The notes beneath the pieces are model-generated. The model worked only from the letters and a program-made list of their open reading frames with translations. It was not told the origin of the DNA and did no database searches. 25,078 nucleotides of DNA, taken from the UHGV virus genome UHGV-1753993; one strand, written 5' to 3'. Source of the stretch: a virus. Both the position numbers and the translations under genes were made by a program. This document shows, one piece after another, positions 7,919-17,151 of the stretch (positions are counted from its first letter, which is position 1; each line of letters starts with the position of its first letter).

Positions 7919-8079
7919 CAATGCAATCTTGCTGGTTAAGCCCATCAGGTCAAGTCACCTACTGTGACTTTGCTGAACATAGCAAAACTGCTGACATATT
8001 GTTGCAAAAGCTCAAACCAGAGTTGTTGACGCATACAATATGCCAGTTAGTCTTGCGCATGACCAGTTGCAGAACTTGA
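7915..8079 (+). CDS. Small ORF (54 aa), not in ORF track
   Basis: ATG overlaps the preceding stop (ATGA); fills an otherwise gene-free gap; found by manual translation. Confidence 0.3.
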   Translation: MTMQSCWLSPSGQVTYCDFAEHSKTADILLQKLKPELLTHTICQLVLRMTSCRT

Positions 8080-8186
8080 GCAATTATGCTACATTCGATA
8101 TTACAGCTGTGGAAGGCACTACGAAATGCACAAAGGCGCAACGTGAAGCAATGTTTGACTTGACAAGGCACTGGCATGAGCAATAA
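8040..8186 (+). CDS. Small ORF (48 aa), not in ORF track
   Basis: Manual translation; ends 15 nt before the next gene; overlaps the 7915-8079 ORF in another frame. Confidence 0.25.
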   Translation: MPVSLAHDQLQNLSNYATFDITAVEGTTKCTKAQREAMFDLTRHWHEQ

Positions 8187-8201
8187 GATACATTATCTGA
8201 T

Positions 8202-8816
8202 ATGAAACATACAACATATGGACTGGGCTACATCCAGTCACCTAAAGATGACAGAGACTTGCGCTTTGACGCAAAAACTGATTTGCCACTTGTGTACAAG
8301 TTGGCTCAACTTCAAGTAGAAGACCAAGGCAGTACATCAATGTGTGCAGCTTACACAGCAGCAACAATGATTGACTGGTGGTCTTCTGTGCTGTCTATGC
8401 AAGGCAAGCTTGACATCAAAGCATTGTATGAGCGTCGTTCAAATAAGCCTCAAGAGGGCATGATTCCGCGTGACGTCTTTAAGCTGCTCAAAGCACAGCC
8501 AATCAAGATGTCAAAGGGCTCAGAACAATCGCCGATAACTGCATACAGACGTTGCTACACAATTGATGAAGTCAAATCTGCTATTGTAGCAAATGGGCCT
8601 GTATTTGTTGGCATGCTCGTAAAAGACATTGAAGCTGAGCATTTCTGGAAAGGCGATGGCAATTTTGGTGGTCATGCAGTGTCAATTGTCGGCTATACAA
8701 AAGACTCATTCATCATCAAGAATAGCTGGGGTATATCTTGGGGTGATTCCGGCTACACTACAATGCCCTTTGAAGATTTTTCAGCAATCATTGAAGCTTG
8801 GACCATTTTGAGATGA
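8202..8816 (+). CDS. Papain-like (C1-family-like) cysteine peptidase
   Basis: Catalytic-triad signatures by eye: QGSTSMCAAYT (Cys), GGHAVSIVGY (His), NSWGISWGDSGY (Asn/Trp); no signal peptide. Confidence 0.65.
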   Translation: MKHTTYGLGYIQSPKDDRDLRFDAKTDLPLVYKLAQLQVEDQGSTSMCAAYTAATMIDWWSSVLSMQGKLDIKALYERRSNKPQEGMIPRDVFKLLKAQPIKMSKGSEQSPITAYRRCYTIDEVKSAIVANGPVFVGMLVKDIEAEHFWKGDGNFGGHAVSIVGYTKDSFIIKNSWGISWGDSGYTTMPFEDFSAIIEAWTILR

Positions 8817-9553
8817 GCAGAGAATCAGAATTGGCTGCAGCAAATGCAATATTGGATGCTGCAGAAGTAAGTGATGCATTAGAAGTCTATAAGCAGTTTG
8901 ACCGAAGCAAACTTGACAAGACACTTGACAAGTGTTCAAAATACGTTGACGAAGTTCGCAAATTGTGCATAGCAGCAGATGTTAAGTCGCCATTTATCGA
9001 TGCTTCAATTGAGATGGAGAAGACGAACATCAATTTGCTTTGCAAACAAGTGTTTTATGCAATGCATGCACTTGATTCAGTATTCGAGCGCATTGATGCA
9101 CAAGGCGGGGGCATGGGTGAGTTTGCGTTTCTCATCAAACTGCAGAATGATGCAATGTCGTTGGTTCAGCAGTATATATCATATTGTCGAACTCTTCCCA
9201 ATGTACTTGCGTCACTCAATAATAATGTTCGAGCAACTCAAGCAGAATTGCAACAAGGCTCTGGTCAATCTGAACAACAGTCAGGCATCAATGGTGAACT
9301 CGTAACTCGTTCAATCGTTGACCTCATCAAAATTGCAGAAAAGCATAACAGCACATTTGAGCAACTCAAAGATGACAATGATGACAATCCACAGCCATTG
9401 TTTGAAGCAGATGATGAAGTTGCAAAACTGCTTGGTGATGACGTAGAACGTTACACTGATGAAAAGACTTATGCTGAAACAATGAAAGCTGAGGGCAAAG
9501 AGTTCAATGCTGAAGCTGAGTTGGCCAAGCAAGCAAAACCTGAAGTGAAATGA
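8813..9553 (+). CDS. Hypothetical acidic protein
   Basis: Track ORF 8798-9553 starts at TTG; ATG at 8813 overlaps the upstream stop (ATGA). Confidence 0.6.
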   Translation: MSRESELAAANAILDAAEVSDALEVYKQFDRSKLDKTLDKCSKYVDEVRKLCIAADVKSPFIDASIEMEKTNINLLCKQVFYAMHALDSVFERIDAQGGGMGEFAFLIKLQNDAMSLVQQYISYCRTLPNVLASLNNNVRATQAELQQGSGQSEQQSGINGELVTRSIVDLIKIAEKHNSTFEQLKDDNDDNPQPLFEADDEVAKLLGDDVERYTDEKTYAETMKAEGKEFNAEAELAKQAKPEVK

Positions 9554-9572
9554 CAGTTGTAAGTTTATATGC

Positions 9573-10696
9573 ATGAGTCGCTACAAGCAAGATACGCCAT
9601 TAACTGGCGCAGCTATTGAGAAAAGAATTGCAGAACTTGAAGCTGAAAGAGATGAATTGTTAAGGGTGACAGAGAATGTTAGATTAGGCAAACATAAGAC
9701 AGCTCATAGTGAAATTGCACGAAAGTACAACTACAAAATTGGGTGCTTAAAAAAGTATGGGTTTGAAAATGCGATGAAATGCACTGCGCTAAAAAAATCA
9801 AGCAATCAATACCAGACGTGCAAATAATGACGTTGATGCAATGATTGCAAAAATGCAAGCAACAAACTTAAAACGTTATGGCCACGCAAATGGCAATGTA
9901 GAAAAAATTACTGCAACTAAAGTACAGCGATTTGGCAATGGCTATGGCAACAAAGCAAAGGCAATTGATACCAAAAAAACGTAAATATGGCAATGCATGG
10001 GGTGACCGCTCAAAAATCTGTGCAACAAATTTAGAACGTTATGGTTATGCAAATGGCAATGTTGCTAAAATGTGTAAAACTAAACGTGCACGATGGGGCA
10101 ACGCGTTTGGCAATTTGACTTTGATTCGTGAACGTTTAGCAGACTTGTATGGCGCTGTATGCCATTTTAGCGTGCGCTCAAAGTCAAAGCCATGTTCAAA
10201 GCTTGAGTTATTTGTGCATGATAAGATATTACATGCTCTTGGCATTAACTTTGAATATTCACATTTAATAGGTGGCAGATTGTATGATTTGCGATATAAT
10301 GACATAGTTATAGAAATTAGCCCAACAATATCGCACAATAGCACGTACAGTTTTGCATATCTAAATAATAGAACACATAATAATGTGCCAATGCATACGC
10401 ATTATCATTTTGATAAGACTCAACTTGCTCTCAAACATGGCTACATATGCATAACAATTTTTGACTGGCATAACTTAAACGACGTTGTGTCAATTGTTGG
10501 TATGCATTTAGCAAAGCTATCAATAAACTCAACAGACTTCGCACTCAATCCGCAGTTGTCAGATGACAAGTCAACAATTCGCAAACACTGGTGTCATTTG
10601 AAGACAAAAGAGCATATTGAAGACTGCGGACAAGATGAGCAAGAGATGATTGACGCTGGTTATGTTGCAGTGTACGATTGCGGTCATGCAAGATAA
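9573..10696 (+). CDS. Repeat-containing protein (five or more units of about 18 aa, T-x-[KL]-x-R-[YFW]-G-x-[AG]-x-G-[NV]), interrupted by +1 frame breaks at two A7 tracts
   Basis: Track ORFs 9573-9827 and 9932-10696 plus an unlisted 9841-9984 ORF; the amino-acid repeat continues across frames 0, 1 and 2, switching at A7 9791-9797 and A7 9973-9979. Confidence 0.5.
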
Positions 10697-10722
10697 GTGC
10701 AAATGATATTCGCATGTTGTAT

Positions 10723-10804
10723 CATATTCATATACAATATGAATATGCATGTTGCACAATACATATACAAATAACAAATAAACTTCTGAAGATTTTCTGA
10801 AGAG
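10723..10804 (+). promoter_or_regulatory. Upstream region of the SSB gene: hairpin (11-bp stem CATATTCATAT / ATATGAATATG, 10723-10747), TGTTGCACAAT motif (10750-10760), direct repeat TTCTGAAGA x2
   Basis: Read directly; function inferred from position only. Confidence 0.35.
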
Positions 10805-10847
10805 TTCATTTCAAACTTTTTGTTAAACTTTCTAAAATTTTATTGCG

Positions 10848-11981
10848 ATGTCACAAATTGAAAATGGACAGACCAGCAATCAGCCTCTGTCAATCTTTGA
10901 TGTCCAGCCGGACAATGTAGCAAGCTTTGCTAAGCCGGAACGTTCTGCAGGACCCGAGTTCTTTAATCCTAAGCCGCAGGATTCGCCAAAGGACAAAGTT
11001 TATCGTGCAGTTATTCGCGTATTGCCGAATTTAGCAGACCCAGCAGTACCGATTTCAATCGTTCGTTATTACTGGTTTGCAACTGGCCATAATCAGGGCT
11101 TCCGCTACAATTCGCCGAGCTCGCCTAATCCGCATCCTGAAAATCCGGAAAATTTGATGAAACCCTACGGTTGGTGTCCCATTTCGGCATTCTACTGGGA
11201 ACTCATCAATACCAAGGATGCTCAGCAGGAAGCACTTGCAAAGCGAGAGTTCAGTATGCAGAGTCAGTACACTTGCCTCGTGCAAATCAAGGCTGATTCA
11301 GTGCACCCTGAGAACGTTGGGAAAGTACTCCCATATCGACTCCCTGCTGCATTGTATAAAAGAATGCTGAGCTCAATGAAGCCGACTGACGAAGACATCC
11401 AGATGGGCGCTCAGCCTATGGACATGTTCCATCCTGTTAAGGGCCATGACATTCTCTTGAAGATTACGCTTAAAGACGTCAATGGCGTTGAAATGCGTGA
11501 CTACGAGACTTCGACGATTTCGCCCAACGTATCGTCGATGCTGCTTGCAGATGGCAGCCTTGTTGACCAGGCGAAGTATGACACTGACCCTGCATACAAG
11601 CAGCAAATCATGCAGCAGATTGTCGACATGCTCAAGGAGTACCCGAATGTCGAAAAGGAGTGGGGCTACCACGAAGCTTCTGATGACATCAAGCGTCAGG
11701 TTAAGATGCGCCTTGCTAACTACAAGGATGTGTCGGATATCTGGCCTGACATTGTCATCAATCCGTCAGCAGCTCAGCAGGCACAGACTACTCAGCCTGC
11801 ACCAGCAGCAGCTCCGGCAGCTGCGCCTGCTACTGCACCAGCAGCTCAGACAGCCATTGACCCGTTTGCAGCAGCTTCAGCACCTGCAGCAGAGCCTGTA
11901 CCTGCAGCAGCTCCAGCAGCAGCGCCTACAGCAGCAACGATGGATGCTGAAACTGAAGCATTCATCAATGGGCTCAAGTAG
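10848..11981 (+). CDS. T4 gp32-like single-stranded DNA-binding protein with a Pro/Ala-rich C-terminal linker
   Basis: Matches to T4 gp32 recalled from memory (AVIRVLPN vs AVIRFLPS; ENVGKVLPYR vs ENEGKVFKYR); distinct codon usage and higher GC than neighbours. Confidence 0.75.
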   Translation: MSQIENGQTSNQPLSIFDVQPDNVASFAKPERSAGPEFFNPKPQDSPKDKVYRAVIRVLPNLADPAVPISIVRYYWFATGHNQGFRYNSPSSPNPHPENPENLMKPYGWCPISAFYWELINTKDAQQEALAKREFSMQSQYTCLVQIKADSVHPENVGKVLPYRLPAALYKRMLSSMKPTDEDIQMGAQPMDMFHPVKGHDILLKITLKDVNGVEMRDYETSTISPNVSSMLLADGSLVDQAKYDTDPAYKQQIMQQIVDMLKEYPNVEKEWGYHEASDDIKRQVKMRLANYKDVSDIWPDIVINPSAAQQAQTTQPAPAAAPAAAPATAPAAQTAIDPFAAASAPAAEPVPAAAPAAAPTAATMDAETEAFINGLK

Positions 11982-12003
11982 CACAAGCGCATCAAAGATG
12001 CTC

Positions 12004-12041
12004 GAGGCTCAGACAGACATTGTTTGTCTGAGCCTCTTTTT
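12004..12041 (+). terminator. Intrinsic terminator: 12-bp stem GAGGCTCAGACA / TGTCTGAGCCTC, 9-nt loop, TTTTT
   Basis: Read directly; 23 nt after the SSB stop codon. Confidence 0.75.
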
Positions 12042-12059
12042 CATTTAACAAGTCATGTC

Positions 12060-13655
12060 ATGAGACTCAAAGTCATAGGCGATTTGCTTCAGATTGTCGA
12101 AGCAAATGATTTGGAAGCCAAGCAATTATACGCTGAAGCTACTGCAGAAGTGCCAAACTTTGTTGCAGCAGCAGTCAATAAGCGCAAAGGGCGCAAAACA
12201 GATTGGAATGGGCAAATTTGCTATGTGTTTAATGGCATATACCTACCATTTGGCTTATGGAAGCGTATTTGGGACTTACAACTGCGTAAGCCAATTCCAT
12301 ACGAAGTCAAGATTGAGGGCCTCATTGACAACTTTGACCGCATTGTGTCGCTTGAAGAGCTTGAGCAATGGTCAGAATGTCTTGATATGCCATTTGACAT
12401 GCGTGACGACCAGCTCAAGTTTATTTTGACTGCTTGCAAATTCAAGAAATGTTGTTTACGCCTTGCGACTTCTTATGGCAAAACAGCTCTTGTTTATGTA
12501 ATTAGTCGCTTCTTAAAAGATAGCAAGAGAATTAATGGCAAGACGCTTATGATTGTGCCCTCGGTGCATCTCGTGTCACAAGCGTTTGACGATATTGTTG
12601 TCAGCTATCAACAAAATGAGTCAGATTTAGCAAACAAGAACTACAAACTCTACAAAATCCATTCAGGTGTTCGCAATGAGTACAAAATGCAAGATGCAGA
12701 TATGGTTGTTGGCACGTATCAAAGTCTTGTCAACATGCCGGCAGATTTTTTCGAACAGTTTGACTTCATTGTAACTGATGAAGCTCATGGTGCGCCTGCA
12801 GCGTCAATTCGTGAAATCTTTAGTCATTGCACAAAAGCTCATTATCGTCTTGGCGTATCTGGTTCATTGCCGCTTGAACATACAGCAGCTCGTTTGACAA
12901 TTGAATCATACATTGGTCCAATACTGGGCACATTTGGCGTAGCTCAAGCACTTGAAAAGAACATTGTGTCTGACTTCGAAATCAAACGAGTAGTCATTGA
13001 GCATTCAGCAGAATATGATGCGCCGTTTGTGCAGTATCTTGAAGAGCATCCTGAAGTGTTTGATAACACTGCAAGACTGCTTCCAGCAGAACAACATCAT
13101 TGCATGAACTACGTCGATGCTAACAAGCTCATTGCAAAAATTATTTGTTCGCTTGACAAAAATGCTCTTGTGCTTTGCAAACGACGAGACCATGTGCAGA
13201 ACATCTATGATGCTTGTCAAACATTCATACAGCAGTCTGGTGTTGACAAGGTTGTTCACATCATTAGAGGTGATGTACCCTTGCATGAACGCAAAGACAT
13301 GCTTGCAATGATGGAAGCAGAGCCTGACAGACACATCATGATTGCAACAACTGGCACATTATCTACAGGTGTATCTGTGCATGCTTGGTTTTACGCTGCA
13401 TTCTTGATGATTGGCAAATCTGACAACGTAACATTGCAGTCAATTGGGCGACTGTTGCGTAAGCATCCACTTAAGCAGAAAGCAATCATTCTTGATATTG
13501 CGCATAAGCTTACAATTCATAGTGACACGCTTGTCAAGCTTCGCAAAGGCTACTGCTACTGCAATTATGATATGCAGCATTTTGCTGCTCGAAAACGAAT
13601 CTATGACGCTGAAAAGATGCCAGTAGATACAAATGTGCAAAAATTCAAGCTTTGA
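12060..13655 (+). CDS. uvsW: UvsW-like SF2 DNA helicase (Walker A TSYGKT, DEAH box VTDEAHG)
   Basis: Helicase motifs read directly; N-terminal W.G.I...LPFGL and later blocks (MIVPS..SQAFDDI, VVGTYQS, LGVSGSL, QSIGRLLRKH) match T4 UvsW as recalled; start re-set from track TTG 12024 to ATG 12060. Confidence 0.8.
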   Translation: MRLKVIGDLLQIVEANDLEAKQLYAEATAEVPNFVAAAVNKRKGRKTDWNGQICYVFNGIYLPFGLWKRIWDLQLRKPIPYEVKIEGLIDNFDRIVSLEELEQWSECLDMPFDMRDDQLKFILTACKFKKCCLRLATSYGKTALVYVISRFLKDSKRINGKTLMIVPSVHLVSQAFDDIVVSYQQNESDLANKNYKLYKIHSGVRNEYKMQDADMVVGTYQSLVNMPADFFEQFDFIVTDEAHGAPAASIREIFSHCTKAHYRLGVSGSLPLEHTAARLTIESYIGPILGTFGVAQALEKNIVSDFEIKRVVIEHSAEYDAPFVQYLEEHPEVFDNTARLLPAEQHHCMNYVDANKLIAKIICSLDKNALVLCKRRDHVQNIYDACQTFIQQSGVDKVVHIIRGDVPLHERKDMLAMMEAEPDRHIMIATTGTLSTGVSVHAWFYAAFLMIGKSDNVTLQSIGRLLRKHPLKQKAIILDIAHKLTIHSDTLVKLRKGYCYCNYDMQHFAARKRIYDAEKMPVDTNVQKFKL

Positions 13656-13796
13656 TATTGTGCAAAAGTTGATGCTACGTAGTACATTAATCATATAACA
13701 AAAAACAATATGCAACCATACACTTCTACTGAAATCAAAGCAATGTTGCGGCCTATAGTATAGCAGCGAGACCTCAAAGGTGTATTTGACACTTAT

Positions 13797-14150
13797 TTGC
13801 TTGTCACAAAGCGAATTCAAGCTGCAGCAAATGCAACACAACAGCCTGCAACAAAAGTTGATTTTGACAGAGCGTCAAATCAGTTTGGCTTAGCATTGAC
13901 TGAGCTGTACAAAGAGCAGGGCATCAAAGCAGTAGATTTCGTAGAACTTGATATCTATAAGCGCATCTTTGCAGCACAAATTGCAAAAGCAATGCGTGCT
14001 GAAGATGTTGACATAGTCAAGTCTGCAAAGAAGCTTGAGCGCATCATGCAGTATGACCTTAAAAAGCTCATCAACGTCAAAGACAAGAACATCAGCAAAG
14101 GCACTGCAAGATTGCTTGAAGCTGTTCTTGCTGCAGAAGATGATGAGTAA
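13797..14150 (+). CDS. Hypothetical protein; no canonical ATG near the 5' end (track start is TTG)
   Basis: Open frame 13764-14150; an in-frame ATG at 13710 is separated from it by a single TAG at 13761-13763. Confidence 0.4.
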   Translation: MLVTKRIQAAANATQQPATKVDFDRASNQFGLALTELYKEQGIKAVDFVELDIYKRIFAAQIAKAMRAEDVDIVKSAKKLERIMQYDLKKLINVKDKNISKGTARLLEAVLAAEDDE

Positions 14151-14194
14151 TGCAAATATACATATATTGTCAACAAACAAACATAAAAAAAGAT

Positions 14195-14512
14195 ATGCTG
14201 CAACTCAAACATAAAGCCGAAATGGCTCGAGCACTTGCAAACAATCCACTCGTTGTAGTGAAGTTCAGTGCGCCATGGTGTGTGCCGTGTCAAGGTTATG
14301 CGCCAATTTTCGAGTCAACTGAAAAGAAATTCAATGGCAAGGTGACATTTGCTGAAGTGAATGTTGAAGAGTGCGATGAACTTGATAGCACTCACAATGT
14401 TCGTTCAGTACCAACGACAATTATCTTTCGTGATTGCATTGAAGTTGGCCGTGCAACTGGTGCATTGTCAGCTATTGCACTTGAACAACTGATTGTCGAC
14501 AATATGCAATAA
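14195..14512 (+). CDS. Thioredoxin
   Basis: Active site WCVPC, cis-Pro loop VPT, about 105 aa; start re-set to ATG 14195 (track start 14150 lies in an AT-rich leader). Confidence 0.85.
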   Translation: MLQLKHKAEMARALANNPLVVVKFSAPWCVPCQGYAPIFESTEKKFNGKVTFAEVNVEECDELDSTHNVRSVPTTIIFRDCIEVGRATGALSAIALEQLIVDNMQ

Positions 14513-14536
14513 CACACTACAAGCAGTTCATACGCT

Positions 14537-14971
14537 ATGGGCAAGTCGATATTTGACAATGAATGGCTATCTACGGAACTTGAGCGGTTTGAAATCAAAT
14601 ACGACAAGCTTTCAATCAATGACGACACTGTAGTAGCATCAGCAACATCTACAATAGAACAGTTTTTGCAAAAGTCTTCGTATCACAGGTACATTAGAAT
14701 AAGACTTCGCAAATACAAGTTCATTGAGCCAACAAAGTACAATGAGTGCATCGCAAAATGTGCCGCGTTAACAAAAAGCGCTTTGCAGCTTATCAATGTG
14801 TTTGATGCAATCAACACATACTATGAGCTTGACACAAAGCTTTGTTGGGACCAGTTGTCATACACAAACAAGCTCATCATAGCTAAAGACATGCTTGAAT
14901 CACAGGGTAATGACGCTTTGCTAAAATTTGTTATGCAGCAAAAAGCAGCTAATGACATGCTTGACCAATGA
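14537..14971 (+). CDS. Hypothetical protein (144 aa)
   Basis: Track ORF with ATG start. Confidence 0.6.
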   Translation: MGKSIFDNEWLSTELERFEIKYDKLSINDDTVVASATSTIEQFLQKSSYHRYIRIRLRKYKFIEPTKYNECIAKCAALTKSALQLINVFDAINTYYELDTKLCWDQLSYTNKLIIAKDMLESQGNDALLKFVMQQKAANDMLDQ

Positions 14972-15966
14972 AAGATTCACTGAACAGAGGCTCAGCTGAG
15001 CTGAAATCAGCTCAAGCTGCAATTAAACAGCAAGTCAATGCAAAAGACGTGACATTTCAGCACTTCTTTCGTAATGCATTTATTGGACTGCTGTCTGATT
15101 TGTATGCTCGTCTGAATATGCCGACATACATGCTGAGCACTGGTGACCAACGATATTGGTCGGGCGAACTTGTTGGCAAAGGCTCAAGTCCAGTTGGCAA
15201 TACACCAACAAATTCACTTGAAAATGCATTTGTTGACGCGAAAAACTTTGTTCAAACTGTGCCAAGATGCGTTGTTGAAATAGAGTCGCCTCGAATCAAC
15301 AAACAAGCGCTTGGCATGCAAGATACACAGATTCGTCTGATTGCTACAATTGACAGTGTACCTGTCGCATTGTATAGCACAATGAGACGAATACCAGTAG
15401 ATTTTGCTGTCAATGTGCAAGTATTTTCAACAGATTGGTTAACTGCGCTTGAGACTTACGAGTATTTGCTTAGCAAGCTGTATCAGTTGAATATGTATGG
15501 TTTTGTCTGGGCAGGTACCATGCATGGTGCATCATATGAATTCGATGTGTCTTCTATGGATGCTCAGCATGCAATTGTGCATGGCAAAGAAGACATTGAC
15601 ACAGTCATTAAGCTGCCATTGACACTGCACTTACAATATCCTGCAATCAATTCTGGTGATAACATTTGGGCTGGCGATGACATCATCACAGACTACGAGC
15701 ACAACATTGATATTGATAGTGATGATTCTGCACTTGACTTGAACATCACTTTTGGTGGCAACTATGATGAAGCCAGAATATCATTGCCAAGCAAATCAGG
15801 TTCGGCTAATGCAGGCTCTGCAATGTCTGACAGTAGACTCATAAGCATTGTCGGTTCATCTGGCAATGTTGGTCAAGCTGCTGGTAGTGGCAGCAATGCA
15901 AATCTTGCAAGCGTATCAGATGGCAATACAGGTTGTCAGAATGGCGCATGTCATCTTGAACATTGA
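14968..15966 (+). CDS. Hypothetical protein with Gly/Ser-rich C-terminus (332 aa)
   Basis: Track ORF; ATGA overlap with the upstream gene. Confidence 0.65.
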   Translation: MKDSLNRGSAELKSAQAAIKQQVNAKDVTFQHFFRNAFIGLLSDLYARLNMPTYMLSTGDQRYWSGELVGKGSSPVGNTPTNSLENAFVDAKNFVQTVPRCVVEIESPRINKQALGMQDTQIRLIATIDSVPVALYSTMRRIPVDFAVNVQVFSTDWLTALETYEYLLSKLYQLNMYGFVWAGTMHGASYEFDVSSMDAQHAIVHGKEDIDTVIKLPLTLHLQYPAINSGDNIWAGDDIITDYEHNIDIDSDDSALDLNITFGGNYDEARISLPSKSGSANAGSAMSDSRLISIVGSSGNVGQAAGSGSNANLASVSDGNTGCQNGACHLEH

Positions 15967-16514
15967 TGCGTATGAAATATAACACCATCCTCAACAATAT
16001 CAAATTGGCTTTATGGCCATTTGGTGTCATTCGACGTCTAAACAAGCTTGATGCAGAAGCTAACAAGTGGCATCAATATTTGCTTGACTATCTGAATGAC
16101 CCTGAACATGAGTACTTTTTGACATTTTTGAAGAACAGCGGCTTTGCATTGTTCAATGAGCAGCGATGCTTCATTGTGCATACTCAGCTTCCTGCAGAAG
16201 TCATTGCAACAATACAAGGTACAGAATTTGAAGCACTTGACTCAGTTGCAATTGTTGAGCACATCATGCATGAACGCATGGAACCAGTCTTCAATCAACT
16301 TGTGCAAAACAATCTGCTTGATGTCGTAACACTTCGACATAACTACACTGGCAATGGCATCATTAGAACAGTGATGTCAAATGTTGCTGAACTCGAATAT
16401 CTTGCATATGCAGAAGAACAGCCTTTACGATTGTTAAGATGTTCTGCTGCAATATGGAAGATTCTGTTAAGTGCATTGTGCTTAGCAGCATTAGCATTAG
16501 CAATCATCTCATAA
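15966..16514 (+). CDS. Hypothetical protein with hydrophobic C-terminal tail
   Basis: Track ORF 15963-16514 starts at TTG; ATG at 15966 overlaps the upstream stop (TGATG). Confidence 0.55.
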   Translation: MRMKYNTILNNIKLALWPFGVIRRLNKLDAEANKWHQYLLDYLNDPEHEYFLTFLKNSGFALFNEQRCFIVHTQLPAEVIATIQGTEFEALDSVAIVEHIMHERMEPVFNQLVQNNLLDVVTLRHNYTGNGIIRTVMSNVAELEYLAYAEEQPLRLLRCSAAIWKILLSALCLAALALAIIS

Positions 16515-16528
16515 CACAATTTATTCGT

Positions 16529-17074
16529 ATGGCAAAGAAAAATGCTGTTGCAGCAAAGCCTGCAACTGAACTCAAAGACATGACAATGGAGCAGCTGGAA
16601 GCACTCAAAAAGTCGCTCAGTGAAGCTCGAAAAGAACTCGAAGACAAATCGCAGTCAATGCAGATGATTGTCACGACTGATGGCGAATTGCTCAAGTTTG
16701 TTGCACGTAATGTGTGCGAACTTGTTTTGCCGCAACTTGAGTTTGATATGCGACTTATGCGTGATGTTGTCGCATTTGCTGCATGGGCTACGGACGCTGC
16801 AAAAGGACGACGCACCATGGGCATCTTCGAGTTCAAGTACATTGTTCGTGCTGTATCGACGACGAAGTTCAAGGGCGCTCAGGTTGCTGCAGCACTTGAT
16901 TCACTCAACAATCTGCTTGAGGCACCTGCAGCAGAAGTACAGAAGTTCGATGAGCAGTATCGTGAAAACGCCACTGCACTTGACGCATGCTTGCAGGAAA
17001 TTGACAAGCGCAAGCAAGCTGAGCTAGCTGAAAAGACTGCTGAAGCTGAATCGCAGGAAGCAGACGCAAACTAA
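16529..17074 (+). CDS. Hypothetical helical, acidic protein with G/C-ending codon usage
   Basis: Track ORF 16439-17074 re-set to ATG 16529 (MAKKNAVAAKPA); followed by a strong terminator. Confidence 0.6.
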   Translation: MAKKNAVAAKPATELKDMTMEQLEALKKSLSEARKELEDKSQSMQMIVTTDGELLKFVARNVCELVLPQLEFDMRLMRDVVAFAAWATDAAKGRRTMGIFEFKYIVRAVSTTKFKGAQVAAALDSLNNLLEAPAAEVQKFDEQYRENATALDACLQEIDKRKQAELAEKTAEAESQEADAN

Positions 17075-17119
17075 AATGACATTGACATAGTGTCATTGAT
17101 TTTAAGGGTTAGTAAAGTG

Positions 17120-17151
17120 CAAGCAGGCTGCAATTGCAGCCTGCTTGTTTT
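17120..17151 (+). terminator. Intrinsic terminator: 28-nt perfect palindrome CAAGCAGGCTGCAATTGCAGCCTGCTTG followed by TTTT
   Basis: Read directly. Confidence 0.75.

Noticed and set aside
7959-8183. 74-aa minus-strand track ORF in an otherwise + strand region
   Set aside because: Antisense to two better-placed small + strand ORFs; no upstream signals; Cys/Leu-rich junk-like composition
11482-12048. 188-aa + strand ORF overlapping the SSB gene in another frame
   Set aside because: Q/L/R-rich low-complexity translation of the GC-richer SSB coding region; it reads through the terminator hairpin; the SSB frame has the recognisable gp32-like motifs
13761-13763. Genome-wide TAG stop-codon reassignment
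   Set aside because: TAG cleanly terminates several well-supported genes (SSB at 11979-11981; 3461-3463; 3949-3951), so general recoding is not supported; only a local readthrough or non-ATG start remains possible
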